A DNA stretch of 64,000 bases from Stegostoma tigrinum. Lineage: Eukaryota. The stretch's first letter is position 1. Every line of letters starts with the position of its first letter. Below, piece by piece: positions 57,361-64,000 of the stretch. Made by a program: the position numbers and the translations under genes. The stretch is from assembly GCF_030684315.1 (NCBI RefSeq), contig NC_081389.1:15169048-15233047 (forward strand), given 5' to 3'. The notes under the pieces are model-generated. The model did not search any database, was not told the origin of the DNA, and saw only the letters and a program-made list of their open reading frames with translations.

Positions 57361-57695
57361 TTTTTTTTTATTCATTCATAGGATGAGGACAGCATTGGCT
57401 GGGCCAGCAGTTATTGCCCATCTCTAAATGCTCAGAGGTCAGTTAAGAATCAATCATATTACTGTGGGTCTGAAGACATGTGTAGACCAGACCAGATAAG
57501 GGTGTCAGATTTCCTTCCCTAAAGGACATTAGAGACCCAGACGGGTTTTTCCTAACAATCAGCCAACAGTTGCATGGTCATCATTACATTCTTAGTTCCA
57601 TATTTTTATTGAATTCAAATTCCACCATCTGCCTGAATATTACCTTGGTTTCTGGATTTACAGTCCAGCGATAATACCACTAGGCCATTTCCCCC
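57361..57695 (-). mobile_element. SINE-T, near full length
   Basis: ttttttattcattcataggatg...cagatttccttccctaaaggacattag...gataataccactaggccat. Confidence 0.85.
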
Positions 57696-58179
57696 ATCCT
57701 CATTTAATGAACCAAATGCAGGTTAAAATAGGTATTGTTATTCAAGGGATTAAATTAGTTTCAGTTATCTAGGGGTTAAGTTTTTAGCATATTGTAAATG
57801 TAAATGGGAAGTTCAGATTTACCAAGGCAGGTTAGAAATATTGGAGCTGCACAATCAGCAAGGTAGAGCTGACCTTGGGTAAAAAGACAGACAATGCTTA
57901 TGAAAGACTGTGGGAAAATAAAGATAACCTGAGACACATGAAATGTGGGAATGCAACATGCAAGCTGTAATCTATGCAATGTGTGCAAGTGTGCTTTACA
58001 CTTCAGTGTTAAGACTTCCTCTCTGTATGTTCATATGAAAAATGACCATTGTCCTCTTTCCCTGAAGTCCTTAATCAATTTGACCCCACAATAATCATGT
58101 TAATTAGGTGTACTGAAAAATCTTATCTGAAGGAGGGTGAGAAGACAGGAATGTTATTTCAATGCGACCACCTTATGGA

Positions 58180-58500
58180 GGTTTATAAAATCATGAGGTA
58201 GGTCTTTTCCCCCAGGTGGGAAAATGCAAAACTACATGGCATAAGTTTAAGGTGAGATTTAAGATGGACCTCAGGGGCAACTTTTTCACTGAGGGTAGTG
58301 CATGTATGGAATGAGCTGCCAGAGGAAGTGGTGGAGGCTGGTACAATTACAACATTTACAACGCATCTGGATGGGTGTATGAATAGGAAGGGTTTTGAGG
58401 GATATGCTGGCAAATAGGACTAGATTTATTTAGGATATCTCATCAGCATGAAGTGTTGGACCAAAGGGTCTCTTTCCATGTTGTACAGTTCAATGACACC
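58180..58500 (+). mobile_element. CR1/HER1 3' end
   Basis: gtatggaatgagctgccagaggaagtggtggaggctggtacaattacaacattta...ttggaccaaagggtct. Confidence 0.88.
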
Positions 58501-59089
58501 ATGTCATAGTTGAATCATATGGTTTAGCTGGTCCTGTTGTTACAAATAACAAAAATGATTTGTTAACAGGTTTTGATGCCTTCAGAATCACCTTACATTT
58601 ACTACAGTACAAACTGTCATGACATTTTGGAAATACTCATGGTTGTAAAGCACTTTAGGACATCCTTAGATTATGGGAAGTGCTATATAAACACATCTTT
58701 TCTTCTAGTTGTTATTTTCTAGTGCTATGTTTATTTTGCACAGTTTCAAGTGCTGAGGAAATTTCGTCCTAAAACTGTATTTCCAGCAATGGACTAATTA
58801 ATACTCAGTTGGTACTGTTGTAATCAAGAATAATTATAGATCCTACTTAGATATCATTTACAAACAGTCTGTCTCTGTGCTCAGTAAAATACAAGACATA
58901 ATTATGTCAAGCCTACAGCAGTTAGAAAGAGGTAGAGAAATTAAGACACATGTATTTAGGACAAATTTCACACAGGAAATTTCCCATTGTCTTGCTGTCT
59001 TGATATTGCTTACTGGACAGTGGTTATGTTGGCTATGAAGAGAGACTGTGTAAACTCAGCAGAGCAGGCTGAGGTACGGCCCAATTAAA

Positions 59090-59390
59090 GTGTACAAGTT
59101 TATGAGGGGATACTGCCAAGGAGTACTTTCCCTTTGTGGAAGGGTCAATGATGAGGAGGCATAATTTTCAGGTGAAGGGCAAGAAGTTTAGAGGGGATTT
59201 GAGTTAATCTACTGCCTGGGAGGGTGGGAAAGCTTACATCCTTTCAAATGTACTTGGTTGAGCACTTGAAATGTCATAACATACAAGGCTGTGGGCCAAA
59301 TGCTGGAAAGCGGGACTGGTGTAGATTCAGTTTTGTTATTGCAGACTCTGTGGTTGTCTTCTAAAACACATGATCCTAAGATTCTATGGC
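59090..59390 (+). mobile_element. CR1 3' fragment
   Basis: ggtgaagggcaagaagtttagaggggatttga...tacttggttgagcacttgaaatgtcataacat. Confidence 0.72.
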
Positions 59391-59527
59391 AGAACGAGCG
59401 ATTGGCTTTGATTCTTTAATAACTGATGCCTGTAAACTACAACTGATAGCCTGCTACCCAAACAGTCGAAAGACAGCTTTCACTGCTTCCCAGACTGTTG
59501 AGAAAACCTAGCCTTCATGAACATCTG

Positions 59528-59909
59528 AGATTTGGTAGGAACTGCCGATGCTGGAGAATCTGAGACAGCCACGTATAGAGCTGAATGAACATAGCAGGCC
59601 AGGCAGCATCAGAGGACCAGGAAAGCTGACGTTTCAGGGAGTCGGTAGGCTTGAGATAGACTTGAAGTAGATATTGGTTTCCAGGTGGTTCCCCACCTTT
59701 ACTGGCTCAATCCCTGCATTCTTGTCCTGTCCATCTTCTCTCCACCTATCTGCTCCTTTATCCACCTTCTATCATCGCCTCCCCCACCCCTCTATTTATT
59801 TCAGAGTCTCCTTCCCCTCCAACATTTCTGAAGAACCGTCCTGACACGAAACATCAGCTTTCCTGCTCCTCTGATGCTGCCTGGCCTGCTGTGTTCATCC
59901 CGCTCTACA
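59528..59909. mobile_element. Composite family A PLE insertion with 15-bp TSD
   Basis: Inverted terminal arm + minus-strand RT scrap (NHLETNIYFK) + plus-strand UTR with CTGAAGA...CGAAAC; cttcatgaacatctg at 59513-59527 and 59910-59924. Confidence 0.88.
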
Positions 59910-59929
59910 CTTCATGAACATCTGTTGTT

Positions 59930-60025
59930 TTTCCTGAGAGAGCGTCACTGGACCCGAAACTCTCTCTCCACAGAAGTTGCCAGACCTGCTGAGCTTTTCC
60001 AGCAATTTCTGCTTTTGTTTCTTGT
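59930..60025 (+). mobile_element. Family B module
   Basis: cctgagagagcgtcactggacccgaaactctctctccacagaagttgccagacctgctgagcttttccagcaatttctg. Confidence 0.78.
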
Positions 60026-60847
60026 TTTGCCTCAAGTTCTAAGAATCATGTCTTGGTACCAACCACTGAAAGAGGTTATCTGGCCCATTAAGCCATGCCA
60101 GATCTTGGCAACAGTGATTTAGCCAGTCCCAACCCCGTCTGTTAATCTTTCCAATTTTTTTCTCCTTCAAGAACTTTCCCAATTTCATTTTCAAAGTCGC
60201 AATCTGCCACCGCCATCCTCTGAAAGTGCATTCCAGGTTGTAACAGTTGTTTGTGTAAACAACATTTCAATCTGGTCATCTTTGACATTTTCCCGAATCA
60301 TGTCAAATGGTTGCCCTGCAGTTCAAGCTCCTCCGTCCATAGGAATTATTTCGCTGTGCCTAAGTCCAGCGCCTTTCTTAAATCTTTCAATCTTTTTGTG
60401 ACAAGGTCAAGAGAAAAGAAGATGGTCAGGAATCTGCTGAAGAGACTGAAAATGGAAGCTAGACAGAGACAAAAAGGAAGGCAGCAAATAAGCAGAAGGC
60501 ATATGCATGATTTTTTGAGGGGCCTATATCTGAAACATTTACACGTTCTTCTAATGTTGTGTATCTTTCAGACATTTCCACCTTAAGACATCAATGACAT
60601 TATGGTGATCTTGACAACTTAAAGAACAAACACAGCACGCTCCTGCTTAAGGTGTAAGTCTACAAATCAGATATACATTTCATGATTGAAAGTCTCATAT
60701 CTAGCATTTGACTGATATTACTGTTCTTAACACATTCCCAGACACTGCTGGCTCTTACATTGTCTCCAAGCTCCTCATTTGATGAACAAAACCACTCACA
60801 TTAATTAGCTTCAAAGTCTGTCCTCATATCACTGAAAGAACAGCAAA

Positions 60848-61285
60848 GCTATAGGAAAGATTTGTGAAACTTGAAAGGGTGCAAAAAAGATTGACAAGGA
60901 TGTTGCCAGGGTTGGAGGGTTTGAGGTACAGGGAGAGGATGAACAGGCTGGGGCTATTTTCCCTGCAGCATCTTTTCCTCGGGGTAGAGGACTCCAAAAC
61001 CAGAAGACATAGATTTAAGGTTAGAGGGGAAAGATTTAAAAGGCACCTGAGGGGAAACCTTTTCATGCAGAGGGTAGTGCGTGTATGGAATGAGCTGCCA
61101 GCGGAAGTGGTGGAGATTGATACAATTACAACATTTAACAGGCATTTGGATGGATATATGACTAGGAAAGATGTAGAGTGATATGGGCCAAATGCTGGCA
61201 AATGGGACGAGATTAATTTGGAATATTGGTTGGCATAGATGAATGGGACCAAAGGGTCTGCTTCATGCTGTGCAGCTCTATGGCT
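60848..61285 (+). mobile_element. CR1/HER1 3' end
   Basis: ORF 60864-61181 KLERVQKRLTRMLPGLEGLRYRERMNRLGLFSL...QRVVRVWNELP. Confidence 0.92.
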
Positions 61286-62054
61286 CTTGGTACAAGTGAG
61301 TAGCTGCAGGGAAATGTTGGCTTAGAACAACTTTTCAGAAATGCCCAACAGACTCACTATACCCTTGGAGCTAGAGATCTAATGTGCCGGCCCAGTCTGG
61401 GCTGTATGTAACTCCAGACCCACACCAATGAAGTTAACTTGCAACCATTCCCTGAAGGGTGTTACCAAGCCTTCTGGCTATATTGGGTAGAGAGCTGAAA
61501 ATATTAACAGCAACACTCATTGTGGGGTTAAATGAAACAGACAGGTCTCAGATTACTTAAAGAATATAAAGGCTGTAGAGCAGGTGCAGGGGGAACAGAA
61601 GTACAAGAATGGCTTCAGGATTGAGACGGTATGACAATCAGAAAAGATTGAATAGGTTGGGGCCTTGACGCTGAGAAGTACAAAGGTTGAAGGTGAAAGC
61701 AGTCTTAAAGGCTATGAAAGGGATATTTCGGAATGTAATGAATGCAAATGTAATGAAGATGTTTCCACTGTGGGAGAGACAGAAATGAGGGCTGTAACAA
61801 TAATATAACCAAAAGGACATGGAGCAGGGATAGGACAGACATTTAATCCCCAAAACTTATTCCACCGTTCAGCTAGAACACAGCTGATGTCACTTCATTG
61901 TCACCATCACCTTAACCTTGAATCAACGTTAACAAAGAATTACACACTGATATTGACATCATTAATATTAATGACTTATGAATCCAATTAAAGACTGCAG
62001 AGAAATACCTGTGCCATGAGATGTGGGCATTGCTGGCCAGGCTAGCTATGCTGG

Positions 62055-62405
62055 GTGAAGAGGTATCATGTATTGGTAATGTTACAGGACTGGTAATCCA
62101 GATTCCTTAGCTAATGTTCTGAGCATATGAGTTCAATCCCACCATAGCATACGGTGGAATTCAAATTCAGCAATACCTGGAATTAAAACGTTAACCTGGT
62201 GGTGACCATGACCATGTCCTTTGTTGTAAAACTCTAAATGGTTCAGTCATGTCCTTCAGGGAAGGAAATGTGCCAGCCTTACCTGGTCTGGTCTAACATG
62301 ACTCTAAGCCCACATATATATGGTTGTCTATTACGAGCACTCTGGGTCGATACAGCTGGACAATAAATGATGGCCTATCCAGTGAGGCCTTGAATAAATA
62401 GAAAA
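62055..62405 (+). mobile_element. SINE-T copy
   Basis: ggactggtaatccaga...gagttcaatcccaccatagc...tgtccttcagggaaggaaatgtgccagccttacctggtctggtcta. Confidence 0.8.
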
Positions 62406-62544
62406 TAAAACTCAAAAAGGAGCTGGCCATCTGCCTGTTTGAACTGTTACAGTCTTGGAATTGTAGAGACAGCTACAGTTCTATTAAGAAGGGTGCTCCA
62501 AGATTTTTCAGCGAGGAACAGTAGATAGAGTTCCAAGTTAAAAT

Positions 62545-63000
62545 GGTGCTTGTCTTGCAGGCAAATTTGCAAGTGGTGGTGTGCCCTGTGTCTGCTGCCC
62601 TTGTCCTTTGAGCTAGCAGGTTTGCAAAGTGCTAATAAAGAAGCCTTGGTGAGCTGCTGGTATGCATCTTGTAGAGGGCATATACTGTAATCAATGTGTG
62701 TCAGTAGTGAAGAGCATGAACATTTAAGGTGGTGGATGTGACACCAATCAAGTGGGCTCCTTTGTCATAGGTGCTGATGAACCTCTTGAATATTGTTTTA
62801 GCAATAACCCTAATCCAGCGAAACAGGTAATTCCGTTACAGTGCTGATTCATGCCATATGGATCATGGATAGATTTTGGGAATTCAGAAGCTGAGTTGCT
62901 CACCACAGAATTCCCAGCATCTGACCTGCTCCTGTACCCACATTAGTTATCCAGTTACTCAAGTTAAGGCTTTGGTCAATTATAACAACTGGGATACTCT
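62545..63000 (-). mobile_element. LINE fragment (SINE-T partner)
   Basis: aatttgcaagtggtggtgtgccctgtgtctgctgcccttgtcctt...ccaatcaagtgggctcctttgtc. Confidence 0.72.
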
Positions 63001-63499
63001 TCGTCAAGGTGAACAGTAAAGGGGAAACTAGATAAGCAATTTCAAAAGAATAGCAGGTAATGCTGATAAGGTGAAACAATGCAGGCATGGAGGAGACTTG
63101 TAAAATGTAACCATTGGTTTGGGCTGGATGGCTAATTTCTGAACTGTGTCTGTGAATTGCTACCAATTATAGAATGTAAAGCAAGGAAAAACTAGAACAG
63201 CCTTGACTGAACATGATTCAATTCAACTAATACCACTCATAAGCAGATTAAAACATTTTCTAAAATTCAAATTTGAAATCCTTTCTCATCCCACTAATTG
63301 GAGTTTCTCTGTGCAGCACACTGCACTAATCACAACATAGGGCACAAATAAACACAGTGCAACAATACACTGAACAAGATTTTCACAAGCATTCTACAAC
63401 TTATTAACTTCTGGTTCAAGTATAAAGAAATCAATTGTGATCACTCTCCCTTAATACCATTATGATGATGCCAGCTCATGGCAATACTAAACAAGTCAG

Positions 63500-63900
63500 A
63501 TCCCATGCAGAAACTTGGCTTCATAGATCATACATTTTAGTGAGACCCACAGTGTTTTTAGGAAGGTATTTCCAGGACTTTGACTTTGTGACAGTGAAGG
63601 AACAAAGGTTTGGTTCCATGGCTGGATGGTGAGTGGTTTGGAGAGGAACTTGCCAGGGTATGGTATTCCCATATATCTGTTGCCCCTGTCCATTTAGGTG
63701 GTAGAAGTTGTGAGTATGAAAGGAGGCTATCAAAAGGGGCCTTGGTGACTTGCTGAAGTGCAACTCAGAAATGGTACAAACTGCTGCTACTGTGGATCAG
63801 CAGTGAAAAGAGTGAATGCTGAAGGTGGTGAACAGGGTGGCAATCAAGCACAATGCTATATTCTGGACAGCATCAAATGCCTGATGCTGTAGGAAATGAT
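63500..63900 (-). mobile_element. LINE fragment (SinE-T partner family)
   Basis: ttccaggactttgac...gacagtgaaggaac...ggatggtgagtggtttggagaggaacttgc...ttcccatatatctgttgcccctgtcc. Confidence 0.75.
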
Positions 63901-64000
63901 AGTAATAATTAAGAAGTCCAATTGCAGAGTGAAACTGACTTGATAGACCAGAAGTTTTATTTTTACCATTTGATTACCATGGTGATCAGTGATTGACCAT

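Noticed and set aside
1-64000. CRISPR array, prokaryotic operon or defence system, endogenous virus
   Set aside because: No regularly spaced repeat-spacer array, no long ORFs and no viral motifs; the content is vertebrate retroposon debris

Overview
Eukaryotic, repeat-dense, apparently non-coding window (intergenic or deep intronic) from a cartilaginous fish. The HE1-type V-SINEs, HER1/CR1 LINE tails and DeuSINE copies point to a shark. The youngest repeat subfamilies look like those I associate with orectolobiform carpet sharks (inference, unverified). No intact protein-coding gene, rRNA or tRNA gene is supportable; every recognisable ORF is a decayed retroelement fragment (CR1 ORF2, Penelope RT, Penelope GIY-YIG). 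The most notable signal is a swarm of more than 20 short Penelope-like-element (PLE)-derived modules in at least four sequence families, each carrying a minimal type-I hammerhead ribozyme core (CTGANGA...GAAA...NTH). Many are head-to-head palindromes and several have 11-15 bp target-site duplications, including a 100-bp ribozyme-only insertion. This suggests non-autonomous, retrozyme-like mobile units. Between the repeats lie TE-free, motif-dense blocks that look like conserved non-coding enhancers. Repeat boundaries are by eye and approximate; TSD and ribozyme-core coordinates were counted directly.
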